Part shown: piece after piece, positions 1-11,880 of the stretch
How the letters are laid out: the number at the start of each line of letters is the position of its first letter
Numbering within the stretch: the first letter of the stretch is position 1
Assembly (NCBI GenBank): GCA_051362555.1
Contig: CM120642.1
Coordinates: forward strand, 15,066,001-15,130,000
Direction: 5' to 3'
DNA: 64,000 bases
From: Lingula anatina
Taxonomy: Eukaryota; Animalia; Brachiopoda
Notes under the pieces: model-generated
Told to the model about the DNA's origin: nothing
Database searches by the model: none
What the model saw: the letters and a program-made list of their open reading frames with translations, nothing else
Translations under genes and position numbers: made by a program

Positions 1-1411
1 TTTGTAAACCTGAAAATCATAATTAAAAATTGAAAGGCTTCACTAGATTTTGCCCAAAATTAATAAGTGAATGAAGGTAATTACTCATGTGTAATAATGC
101 CATAAGATATGAAAATGGATTATTGCACATTTTCACGTGTCTTTCGTTAAGTATTACCAATGTGCACACAATTACATTGATTGCGGTAGATAAAAGATCT
201 TAAACTTACCAAATAAACATAATAATAGTCGTAGTTCTTGTAAGCGTTGGGGTCCGAAAGAGATCCCAAAACCCGTACCGTCTGCCGCGTTGTGCTAAGT
301 GCATTTCTTCCTGAAATCATTCAAACTTCAAATATTCTCCACTTATTCTATTTCATATACTTACTATACAACATGTTAATTCTCAAAGAAAAATACCATA
401 TACTTATAAATCCATACAACTGCGTTGGTTTTGGCTTACTCCATTGTTTATTTATTTATTTACTCAATTCAAATATTTCATATCAGCAATGTAACTTAAA
501 AGGAGGGTGGTTTCCTTATTTTTGAGACTCCTTGTTTACGAATTGAATGTTGTCCTATGTACAACGTGAAACACAAAAGCTTTCTTTCTGATGACATTTG
601 ATATTATTGACAACATATTCGACAGTTGATAAAGGAAACCAACTTCACACTGTTGCACAAAAGCATCCATATCTGGCAAAGGTTTTTTGTTGCCTTTCGC
701 AATTCTTTCAGCTATAGTGACGACCTCGTCATATCGACCTTGTGACAACAGCCATCTCGGACTCTCGGGAAGAAACCTGATAGTAGAACACATAACTATT
801 TAAATGTTATAATATACTACAACTTTTATGAAGTTAAATGAGTGGAAGTTAAATATAAAGGTCTGATTATCTAATGTTAGTACATTATGAATTGATAATA
901 ATCATGCTGGAATATAAAGGTCTCTGGGAGGAGATCGCTATAATCATCAGCATACTTGTGATGTTTCTGACGTTTCCATTATACAGAAAAACTTGAACTC
1001 TCTGGCCATAGGGGTCGCTAGTACTCATGCAGTTTCAAAATTGTTTCAGTGTTTCAACAGGCTATTCTTGTGACCCCTGTGATTACAGAGGTTAAGAGGC
1101 CTGTGGATAATAAAGGTGGTTTTGTAAGTGGACATTGAAACTCCGGTTGATTAAATTATTTTTTTAAACTTACCACCAAGCGATGACGAATGAGAGTCCT
1201 GGTAAAGTAGTGCTCAGCAAAAATGTGCGCCATTCTCGGATGAAGTAGCCAAGCAGCACCTGTACCAGTGATCCCAATGGCCACAGCCCTAACCCACCGA
1301 CAACGGGGCGATACTTAGGACCGAGGAATTCAACACTCCAAATGTAGCCGGCGACGATACAGCCTACGCCACAACGACAGAAAATGCAACGGAGAATCTC
1401 ATTTACGATTG

Positions 1412-1442
<31 letters not shown>

Positions 1443-4400
1443 TGCTAAATTTCATTTCAGTGATAACGCCCTTAAAAATTACTCGATGCTAAGTACCAGT
1501 TAGAATTTCAATATACATGTATTTTATAACAGGATTATTCCGTTATGTTATCCAAGTTGGGATTTGATGTATTTTGCATTGCCATCATGGCCAGAAATGC
1601 GCAGCATTCACACGATACGCGAGGGCGCTACAGTAGGGCTTCACGTGACTCAACTAGCCAATCACAGCACAACAATGGCATCGCACAGAGACTCTGTGAT
1701 AAGTGCTCAGCCCATTGTCGAGTAGTGTTAGTTCATGGTAACAAGCGTCTGACATGTGCAGAGAAGTTTATTGTAGTATATATTTTTCTTATTGTTACAT
1801 TATTAAATCTAACTCTGTATCCAAGTAGTAACTATACTGTACCAAGTCAGGTACTGATGATGTGCAGATGTCATATATTCCAGAATAAGCCATTACCACT
1901 AATTTATAACTTTAATTTTGTTTAATATGTTATTCATGAAAGAGTTCATGAAAGATTATTTTAATTTGTCAAATCGTGATCTTATTCTTTTTATATTCAA
2001 ATAATTGAATAATGTGGGTAAAATTGGTTTTCCACTTCTTTTTTGCATTTTTCCTTTACTACAAGATTATTTTGGAATAGTTTCAGCATTAAAATTTAAA
2101 ATAAATAGCAATCTGAAAGAAGAATTTTGCATAATTATTAAATGATGATAGGAATTTTGGATTAAGAGATTAGTTAAATACTGAGTAGTGATATTGTCAG
2201 TCAATTTGTGTAGAATCTGAAAATATGATTGAAAATACGATTGAATTCTTGGCCTTGCACTGGGCAGTTTCACATTTGTGCCAAGTGCTTTTTTTGGACT
2301 CCATTGTACAGTGGTAAAAGTTCTTCAATTGCCACGAAAGTTTTTAATCAGACTCTGTATGGTGCTGCTATCTGCTGGTGCTATCGGCAACGAATTAGTT
2401 TGCCTTTGTTTCTGAGTGAATCTACCGTCTAAAATCACTATTTCTGAAAATATGTGCGTTTTGCCTAGGGTAGGCTAGGCAATACACGGCAAACTTCTTA
2501 GTACGTGTGTACAACAGAATTTTTTTAAAAACCCTAGCGATATTTGGTCAGGAGTTGCTTGAAGCATAGTACAGCGTTGCTGTCTATCGGCATCAGGCCG
2601 TATGTTTGTCAATTATCACGAATTACCCACGAATCGCGAACCCATTCATTTTCCTATGGCAATCTAGCAACTCATTTAAAGTGCACGCATGCGCAGTGGG
2701 CTAAGCGTGACGTCATGCAGTGCATTTCTGGGGATGATGGTTTTTGAGAAAAGTTATTATTTTACCTCCAATCCCTGTTCCATTAATAAAGCGTAGTGCA
2801 GCAAACTGTATCCATCCATTAGTAATAGCTTGTGCTGCTCCTATTATGCTGGTGAACAACAAGGCAAAAAAGTACACCTGTAAGTTATAATGGTAAAATT
2901 GTCATGGCATGTTTCAGCTCTCTGCGCTTTTTGTGGATTATTTTTGTAAATGCGTTTTGTAGTCAAAATTATAGCAGTAATCAAACCTTCAATGCATTCT
3001 AATTTTATTTAAGTCCCCAAAGAGAAAAGAAAAACATTTAATGGATAGAATTAATTTTACTCAGAAACTGAACTAACAAACTGACAATCAAAACTGAAAG
3101 TGAAATTTCAATAATAACAAACTGAGGCACAGAACAATTTACTAGCAGCTAGGATCCAAAATAAAGAGGATAAGAAAGCGGCAAATCGCCTTTGAACCAT
3201 GATACCTTCGGGTAAACATTCCCCTATTGTCTAGTTAAGCTGTTTTGATAGCTTAGACAGCGTGTGGTCAGGCTAGCGTGACAAAGCGTGCACAGGCAGT
3301 TATCGCACATTACCGTATATTCTCGCGGTTGCTACGTTCCCGTCCGCCATGTTGGTTGTAAGTTTCAAAACGCGGTTGATTTCGTGAAATGTTTTAACGT
3401 TAAATATTGCAGGAAGTATTAAAAAATGGGTCTGTATACCATAACGTTCTTTTTTGATATTGTGTTTAACAAAAAATAAAGTTGTCACTGGAATATTATG
3501 AAGAACAGCATGCTTTCAGACAAGAAGAAAAAAGGGCTATAACAGGTAATTGTAACACGCAGACATGAAATAGATGACAATGTGCATTGGTTTTGCCAGT
3601 CGTTCCGGCGATTTTTGAATTATCTATGCGACATGAAGTGTTCACTTCGTATCATGTTACATTATTGTACGTAAAATATGTTTTTGTTAGAAGATTCCAA
3701 GAAGGACAATAACAGCAAATTGTCGGCGAAGGCCAAGCTCGGAGTGTCGCTGTGACAAACAAACTTTAGATAATTAACAGAACGTACTTAATAGATCACA
3801 ACATACAGATAAGCTATTTCACCAATGATGTTCAACAATGCTGGTGACTTAAAAATTGTAAATTATTTAGGGCGTGTTAAGTAGACGATTTGTTAGTAAA
3901 TAGTTACTGCATCTTGTAAAGGAAATTCTTTAGCACTCTTTTTACACTCAACTCAGATTTCTTGTGTAATTTGATAGATTGAATAGACATTGGGTTTATT
4001 GCATTTTTCTGTTGCGTTGTACTGTCATTTAACTGTCTAAGAGATCCAAATTTCACAATGAATGCATTGATCATAGAAATAAAATAAATGCTATTATACC
4101 ACAACAACAGCGGTTAATCAAATTATTCTGAAATCTATGCTTGCCATCACTTTGTGTGTTCTCCATAGATGTCTGCACTCTGTAATAATCTCTTAAGAAA
4201 ATACTACAAAAAGAAAACTTTTAGAAAAAAAATCAGGGACTAACTTTGAATGTCAGAATGAATTCACAAACCATTGGTTAGCACGGGTTAATTGTCCTTT
4301 ACCCCAGGAAAAGCCATTTTTTGGCCAAAATGAACAGTTAATATCCCTTGAAAGTTCTCTCTCCCCCTAAACACCAAGTGAAAAAAATCCAGATGTACAG

Positions 4401-7400
4401 TTCAAATAAGTTTATTAAACGAATTCACTTGTTCATGCAATTCATCACTGTAATTTCCCAATAAGATGCAGCCTGTTAAATGTAACCTGTACACATTTAC
4501 TTATAATCTAAGTTTATCAACAAATTGAAACCCCAAAAAACTTCAAAACATTTCATTTATGATCAACAAAATTGTCACCACAACACCATTTATCTATTAA
4601 TCATGGCTTATAGAGTTAAAAAAAAAAGAACACCATCTTGTAAAGATGCACTTTCCATGGACCCTTCATGAAGTGCCAATCCCCAGTGGCACAGGTTTGC
4701 AGACTGTCAAAAAATGTTGGTATACTGGACCCTAAATGACAAATGAAAATATGTGTTATTGGAAACAATAAAATTTATAAAGGTGTCACTGGAAAATTCT
4801 ATAGAATATCCTTAAATATAAAACTATTTAAATGGCACCTTAAGATTATTCATAAGTGAACTAATGTAACTGACTAACACTTCATGAATTTCATGTTGTA
4901 GGGAACAAAGTAGATGAAAACGAAGCAATTCATTGTATAAGATTCTCACCATGTGACTGTTGAGTCTCTGAGTTGTCAGAAGAAACATCCTTCAGGCTGC
5001 TTAAAGACATGTCATCCTCAGGTTCACTAGATTGTTGACTTGACACTGCACATTCTGCATAAGAAAGGAACATTTAGAACTCCAGTTTTAAAAATACCAA
5101 ATAAATTAATGTTAACCACTTTATTAATTAAAATAAACCAATCCATTGTATCAATCACTTACCATTTGACTGTTGAGTCTCTGAGTTGTCAGAAGAAACA
5201 TCTTTCAGACTGCTCAAAGGCATGTCATCCTCAGAGTCAATGAACTATTGACGTGACACGACACATTCTGCATAAGAAAGAAACATTTAGAACTCCAGTT
5301 TTAATAATAATCATAAATAACTTAATGTTACAGGCATCTAAGATGATAATAATAATATACACCACATTCACAGCATTCCAAAATTAAAGACTCTGGTTGC
5401 AAGCTGGCAGATTAAATAAGAATATAACAGCAACATTTTGTTTCATTTATAAAATTCACCTGGTTATTTGTATAATACACAATGCAAAAACCTTTACCAC
5501 TGTTGTCATTTGTCCTTGGATACGTAGTTGTGTCTTTGGAAATCTTTGCTGATTTACCATATTTCTTGGCCTGGGCATTCTTAACCTTCTTGCCTATCTT
5601 CTTTCTCTTTTTAATTGGCATCTGAGGAAAGAAATATGTATTACTATGTACCCGACCAGTCAGTGTTATACTAACTCTGGACCACATTGTTAAAAAATAA
5701 ATAACATATATGTTTTTATGAAGAAAAAGGTCATGTTTTTTACCATTCAGCCAGGTTGACATTAGAGTGATTAGGCAATTTAAGTCCTTGATATCTCTGG
5801 AATAAAAACTCTAATCCACTAATATCCATTGTAACGTCTTTTGTCCCAAAACATACAATATAGATGCAGGTTTAAAATGAGACATATCAGTTATATTTGT
5901 GTGCATTTGTATCTAAAAGAAGGGGTCCGCGGCGTTACATCGTTCGGCCATGTTGAATTTAGAGTGATTAGGCAATTTAAGTCCTTGATATCTCTGGAAT
6001 AAAAACTCTAATCCACTAATATCCATCGTAACGTCTTTTGTCCCAAAACATACAATATAGATGCAGGTTTAAAATGAGACATATCAGTTATAATTGTGTG
6101 CATTTGTATCTAAAAGAAGGGGCCCGCGGCGTTACATCGTTCGGCCATGTTGAATTTAGAGTGATTAGGCAATTTAAGTCCTTGATATCTCTGGAATAAA
6201 AACTCTAATACACTAATATCCATCGTAACGTCTTTTGTTATAAAACGTACAATATAGATGTGGGTTTAAAATTAGCAAGCCAGTCCCATGTAAAGTTTTT
6301 TTGTATAGGTAAACTACCTCCCAGAACTATCGCTCCGCCATTATTGGCGTTGGGGGCACTATTTCTACGCTCTTTTTACAATCCAACTTATTTCGTTTCC
6401 CACATTACAAGGTGTTGCCATATCAAAACTGTACTCCGAATAACTCTGCATTGACAAATATTCGGAAAGTGCATCCGCCAAATAACAACGAGAGCGTAAA
6501 CATGCACGGCAGTGTAAATTTGCCCGCCATCTTTGCAAATCTAACGGACGGGGATATTGAAATTGATATTACTGTCTATTGAAGCTACAAACTGCAATAT
6601 AAATACTCACGGTGCTTCACTGCATATTCCTTAATCAGCTCCTCTTGTCTTTTGACGAAATTCTCCGGATACAATGAAAAAAACGCGACTAAAGCGGGAC
6701 CTTCGTTTCACTCTGCCGTAGACAAGCTACCTGGTCATTTGAAAACGAGGCTCGCCGTACCAACCCGAAGGCATCATGAGGCACGCGCCGCGGGAGACTC
6801 CCTTTGAAGTTTGAGCCACTGTTTTATCCTCTTTATTTTGGATCCTAGCTAGCAGCCTAGATACAAGTATTTGGTCTGATGATCAGTACTCTACCTTCTT
6901 TCGACCGAAAGCGTCCCCCAGCTGTCCAAACACCAGGGAACCTATCAGCACCCCTGCCATCTGGAGGGACGATATAGTGTCACTGATAAAGTCTCGGTTG
7001 CAGATTAAATCCCACTGGAACGATACAATTGATTCATTTTTTTTTTCATAGACTTCATTCAGAACAGTGAACTAACTTGTCCGAGAGTCAAATATGGCGA
7101 CCCACTAAAAAGCTTGCCGTCTAATAGATTCCTCATGGGGAAGTGGGTCGGGACTTATTGCAAGGGACAGACGTAAAGCATACTTGCGCTTGTCTTGCCT
7201 CATAGGAAAATTAGTCTTTCAGAATGGGACGCGATTTGAGCAAGGCGACTGTAGTACAAAATTATATACCTCCACTGCTTCTTCTTCAACAGTATTAATT
7301 TTTATAATTGTTTTTAATTTATTGCTATTTGTTTTTATGTCAGTCAAGGAAGACTTTATTAATGGTAAAAATGATGGTAAAATTCCGTGTTAAATCACGA

Positions 7401-8817
7401 AAAAACATTGTTATCATAAGAGGACTACTAGGAAATTGTTTATCAGTATGTAGAGGATACTGTCAAGGCAGCATAACATACACCTCTGTAACTGTAGATC
7501 AACACTGCATATGAATGAAAAGCATTTAAAAAATTACAAAATAAAGGGACCCACAGACATAAAGCATGTTAGACGCCGAGCAATACAGGTATAACTCATA
7601 TCTCTAATAAAGGCTGTGCAACGAACAGACTGAGCTGGAGCAAAAAAGTATGAACAATTTTTTTTTATCTATCCGAGTGGAAATAGTCTCCATAAGCATA
7701 GATATCGTTAAGATACTCCCAGAACGTTTATTTTTAAAATTGTAAGAATAAGATACTCTTTTGACAGAGGCAAGTCATGAAAACACTTGCAGAGTTTAGC
7801 AAGTGCACGAAATAACACACAAAACGACCAATAGCAAGCGTAGATCATGACAGAGAGAAAGCCCTCCACTCTTACCTCTGTTACAATGGATGTAAAATCA
7901 GGGTTAAAAGTATGGCCAGGACAGGGAAGACCACTCTTCGTGCACTTGCCTATTTCCACCACATCCTCCCCTTGGTTATTGCTATTGTATAGCAATGGTA
8001 CAGCTACTGATGCTGTCTCAGTTACATTATACACAGTCAAGCTATCATTCAAAGTCTGGTTCCCATACTGATTTGTGCACTTCCAACCCGGGTCAGCTCC
8101 GACGAAGACTAGGGCTAACATGGAAAATCCCCCGATGAAGTCCATTCCTAGAGTTATGGTAAATACTATTGCAAATTGATACCATCCGATCTGACCTTGA
8201 AAAAGTAAAAAAGAAACAGGCCTTAATGTACCTTGCAACAAAATGAATTACTGAATATTAAACCAAAGAATATTTAGGTTATTCAGAAAAGTGCATTTGC
8301 ATCCTGTTCTAGTCCCATATTTCGTCTCGCAGCAACAGTGCCACATAATTCTTCAGCCCTACACGTTTAAGTGTACTATCGATATTAAATATCATTCCCT
8401 TAAAAAAAGACATCAAATTGTGTCTATAACCGAGTAATTGTTCAGCCTACAGGACGTTTCGTACCATGTCATTTAAATGTCAGTAATTCTAATTGAGTCC
8501 TAAATAACTTAGATTGCCAAATAGTATTTCGGAAGGAAATCTCGACAACACGCACTTTTATTTAAGGAGTGGAACAGTTTTTAAGGTCTTATTTCTGAAA
8601 GATAAGTAGCTTTGGGGGATATACAGACATAAGAATATGCCTTTGTCATATGTTCGAGTTCATGTTGTACACGTTTAATTTTCCTTCGTTCTTCGTATGC
8701 AGCAGATATTGCTTATTTTTACCGGGTGGCAATTTCGAGCTAGCAGAACTGTACTACGGTACATATTTTTACCCAACACTTACCAACTTTGAGCAGGATA
8801 TCTTCAAACTGAGGCAT
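1..8817 (-). CDS. SLC22A15-like: SLC22-family transporter paralog A, multi-exon, 3' part outside window
   Basis: Exons with GT-AG boundaries: 8817-8784 (MPQFEDILLKVG), 8195-7876, 7014-6895, 2877-2766, 1363-1174, 776-644 ([14 protein letters not shown]), 310-210, 9-<1. SLC22 motifs FTSIVTEWDLIC, FGQLGDAFGRKK, PESPRWL; exon phases consistent. Confidence 0.92.
4085..4345 (-). repeat. Interspersed repeat, homologous to 14735-15005 in opposite orientation
   Basis: The reverse complement shares ACCAATGGTT...ACATTCAAAGTTAGTCCCTG...TCTTAAGAGATTAT with intron 4 of gene B. Confidence 0.75.
4634..5621 (-). pseudogene. Spliced gene fragment inside the 3.7-kb element (Lys-rich N-terminus, acidic Ser-rich duplicated exon)
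   Basis: AG/GT-bounded exons with matching phases: 5621-5498 (MPIKKRKKIGKKVKNAQAKK...), 5267-5163 (in-frame TAG at 5245-5247), 5054-4950 (ECAVSSQQSSEPEDDMSLSSLKDVSSDNSETQQSH), 4731-4634 (SSIPTFFDSLQTCATGDWHFMKGPWKVHLYKM). Confidence 0.6.
4950..5330. repeat. Tandem duplication of an exon plus intron, period 213 bp
   Basis: 4950-5117 repeats at 5163-5330 (TGACTGTTGAGTCTCTGAGTTGTCAGAAGAAACATC...GAACTCCAGTTTTAA). Confidence 0.85.
5762..6272. repeat. Tandem repeat, 197-bp unit, about 2.5 copies
   Basis: TTAGAGTGATTAGGCAATTTAAGTCCTTGATATCTCTGG... restarts at about 5762, 5959 and 6156 with near identity. Confidence 0.9.
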
Positions 8818-9645
8818 GATGTACTTTGTATTGATTGGCTATGAGCACCAGTCAAAACGGATATTCAACACTAGGCACCCGTCTGCGACACACGGGGCAG
8901 TGCTGTGTCCCACACGTGGATCAAAACACTTGAAAACAAACGGAGTAAGACTTAGGACGACAAGGTTTATCAGGCACCATTCCACAAAGTCACGTCTACA
9001 GATGCACACAATTGAGTAATAATTGGAAATATGATTGTAATCACTTTTAAACAATTCTGATTTCATTCGATGCTGGAGTATACACTAACGCATGTATTAT
9101 AAAGCAGCAAAAAGTAACAAAAAAAATCAACGTGCTGCAAATATTGCACAAAACATTTGCCTTTGAAAGAGTTATTATTTAAAATTGTACCTCTGAGCAG
9201 TGTGCAATTCTTCACATATAGACACATGCTATGTCACCACCGACGTACAATGATATGTAATTAGTATATCTTACCTATGGCGTTAATGCAGGCTGTAGCA
9301 TGAATAGGCCTATGTGTGCAGTCGCTGTGATTATAATGAGCAATATCAACGTGACGTAGACCCTATTGAGTAACTGATAATTTGTAGTGGAACAGTAAAG
9401 TGTAAAACTGTATAGGTCCACCGATCTATATACGAATGTGGCTAATAAAAAGTACAACTAAACTGACACACAAACGTGATGAATTAGTACAAAGGACTGC
9501 GATTAGTCATAAGATATAAGAGAATCGATTTCCGTGGCTAAATTTTCTTTTACATTCTGTACCTTTTGCACTGGTCTGTTTGTTTACAAGTTTCACATTC
9601 GCTGAAGAAATATTGCAATTAAGGCCTTCGTGTCATTTGTGTTAA

Positions 9646-10026
9646 AGGTACATACCTGGACGAACCGAGCATCGGTGGAGCGTAGATTCCCAGTACACAT
9701 GTAAACCACTTCTACTAGATTCTTATATGACTCAAATAAATTTGACATGCCAATGGATAAACTGAATAGATCACTCGATCAGCCATAAAATACCTTTAGA
9801 CTGCTCTTTTCTTTAAATTTTTGGTTGTAAATTTAACCTACTTTCGTGACCTACTTTCCTGCCCCATTGACATACAGCTTAGAATGCCAGCAGAAAAATC
9901 CGTTCAAATATCATTTTCGGGTAAAATTAAACAATGCCTTTTGGTAATTCTCTTAGTTATACTACTTGAAACTATATGCTGGCATTTGGTTGGTTTTTGT
10001 GACAAAAATTGACTTTGTATGCATCT
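9646..10026. mobile_element. Non-autonomous Kolobok-like DNA transposon
   Basis: TTAA on both sides (9642-9645, 10027-10030); imperfect TIR AGGTACATAC ... GTATGCATCT; absent from the homologous upstream region of gene B (~18715). Confidence 0.6.
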
Positions 10027-11504
10027 TTAAACAGAGATCTTTTGTATCTAAGCTGCCATTTTCATTAATTTGGCCGATACTTCAGACTGCATGTCCATAG
10101 TAGGGGCCAGAATTATCAACGAGACCATTTTATTTGTATTATGTTATATTGTATTGGTAGTTATTCAATACAGGGGCGGATCCAGGATTATTTGAAGAGG
10201 GGGGGGGGGGGTCCGCGGATGCGAAGGCAACCCCCCTCCCCACCACCACCCCTACCCCCCTTCCCGCGTTTGGCATGGGCTTCGGGGCCCACTAAAGGGC
10301 CCCGAAAATTTTAGATATTTTATAGGGCGATCGGTGTTATTTGGTACGGTTTAGAACTATGATTCAGCTAGTCAAAATTCTAATTTCAATTCCAAGCTGC
10401 ATTATGTAGCAAAATAGTTCGATACGGGACATATGTAAACGCTATACTATGATTGTGTTGGCAGTAACTGAATTAAAAATATAATTAAAACTCAACTGGC
10501 GGCACCCTTATAGTGGTAACAGGAACTCTTCAGCTTTTGGAGTCTTCTTTGTTGACAATATTTGTCCTGAAGGGCAGAAACCACTAAATCAGCCAATTAC
10601 CGACTGTTATACACGAATGTAGTTCAGTGAGAGAAAATGAGTGCTTTTTTCCATTTTTTCCTGGCATTTCTTGTGTGTTGCTAGGGTTAATTTTGGTATC
10701 AACTAGCAGGCTAGTGTGTAAACTACTGCCAGTTTTTTTTTCAAGACCAGGCACAGGTGCGGTGCAGTCGTGAGACCTCTGGCGGCGGAGGCTACTGACT
10801 GTGAGTGGTGCAGTGGTTTGTTTACAAACAGAGGGGTGCACATCTTCAAGTGATGCTGGTAAGACAGTTGACTTGATGACAGTACATTTTTTTGCCATTG
10901 GGAGTTATGTCAGTGTGTCTGCTGTCCATGGGGATGGGAAATGTTTCACAGAGTAATTTTGTTCATGCAGTTTTGCAGGCATTTCTTAGTATGGTTGTCA
11001 TTGGGAAATTATTTGGTGGTTTCTGCCCTGAATGGACTCAAGTGGAGATCGTATAGTACACATGAAGTGAAGGGAGCTAGATTGGCGGGAAACGTGCTTA
11101 TTAGTGTGTAATATTACCACTATCAAAATAATATTCTAGGAATGTGGTTTCAAGCCATGGAGAATATTGTTTTTCACGAATAACTGCCAGCCTTCATTGA
11201 CAAGGTGCCTCAGTAGTTGAAATTAAAATTTGTATTCGATTTTGATTTAAAGCTTGTTTAACATTTTTTATTGAAAAACAGTCGTTGGATAAATATTGGA
11301 CTTGTACTGCCACAGTTAATCGGCTTTTTTATCAGGGCAACTTTGCTGTAAGTTCTATAACTTATTTTACCTACGTACATGTAAATTAGAATAGCTCTTT
11401 TTAAGGTATCTATGGAATAGATAGTTGTGCAAACGTTTTACATATTTGCTTTAGTTTTTATTTAGCAAAACCACTGTTATTGCAGACGTCTTGGCATATT
11501 GATA

Positions 11505-11845
11505 TTATATTTTATCCGTGAAACGTGCCCCTTCGTCTTTTTGCAACATAAGTTCATGTAAAGGAACGTCAGTGTTCTTAGCCTGGTCGTAAGATCTTTT
11601 TTTCCTTTTGGCCATACAGAAACACCAAGATCTCGGCGGCACGCCATCTTCTAGCGCTTTCTGTCTTGTTTCAGGCAAGAAACATGTAACCAAACCTGCT
11701 GCAAAGGCAAAACAGCCGCTGATGACGTAAGGTGACCCCTTCCAGAACTTGGTCTGAAGTTAAACAAGGAAGAACATTAATGAATGGTCTCAAAAGCTTC
11801 TCGTTTCCCCGTCCTTTAATTACATATAAGCTATATTGTTTTTTA

Positions 11846-11880
<35 letters not shown>

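Larger units (their letters stand above)
3149..6848. mobile_element. 3.7-kb TIR DNA transposon (unclassified, probably non-autonomous) in intron 3 of gene A
   Basis: Terminal inverted repeats with 25 identical bp (CTAGGATCCAAAATAAAGAGGATAA), extending to about 34 bp with mismatches. Direct repeat CTAGCAG at 3142-3148 and 6849-6855. The homologous intron of gene B (15262-15459) lacks it. Confidence 0.85.

Noticed and set aside
996-1093. Short imperfect inverted repeats here and at about 7071-7257
   Set aside because: Probably old MITE remnants, but too degenerate to define ends or TSDs.
1545-1925. 126-aa ORF in intron 4 of gene A
   Set aside because: No motifs or splice support; lies in repeat-like intronic sequence absent from paralog B.
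5762-6272. Possible CRISPR array
   Set aside because: Units repeat over their full 197-bp length with no unique spacers, and the context is eukaryotic.
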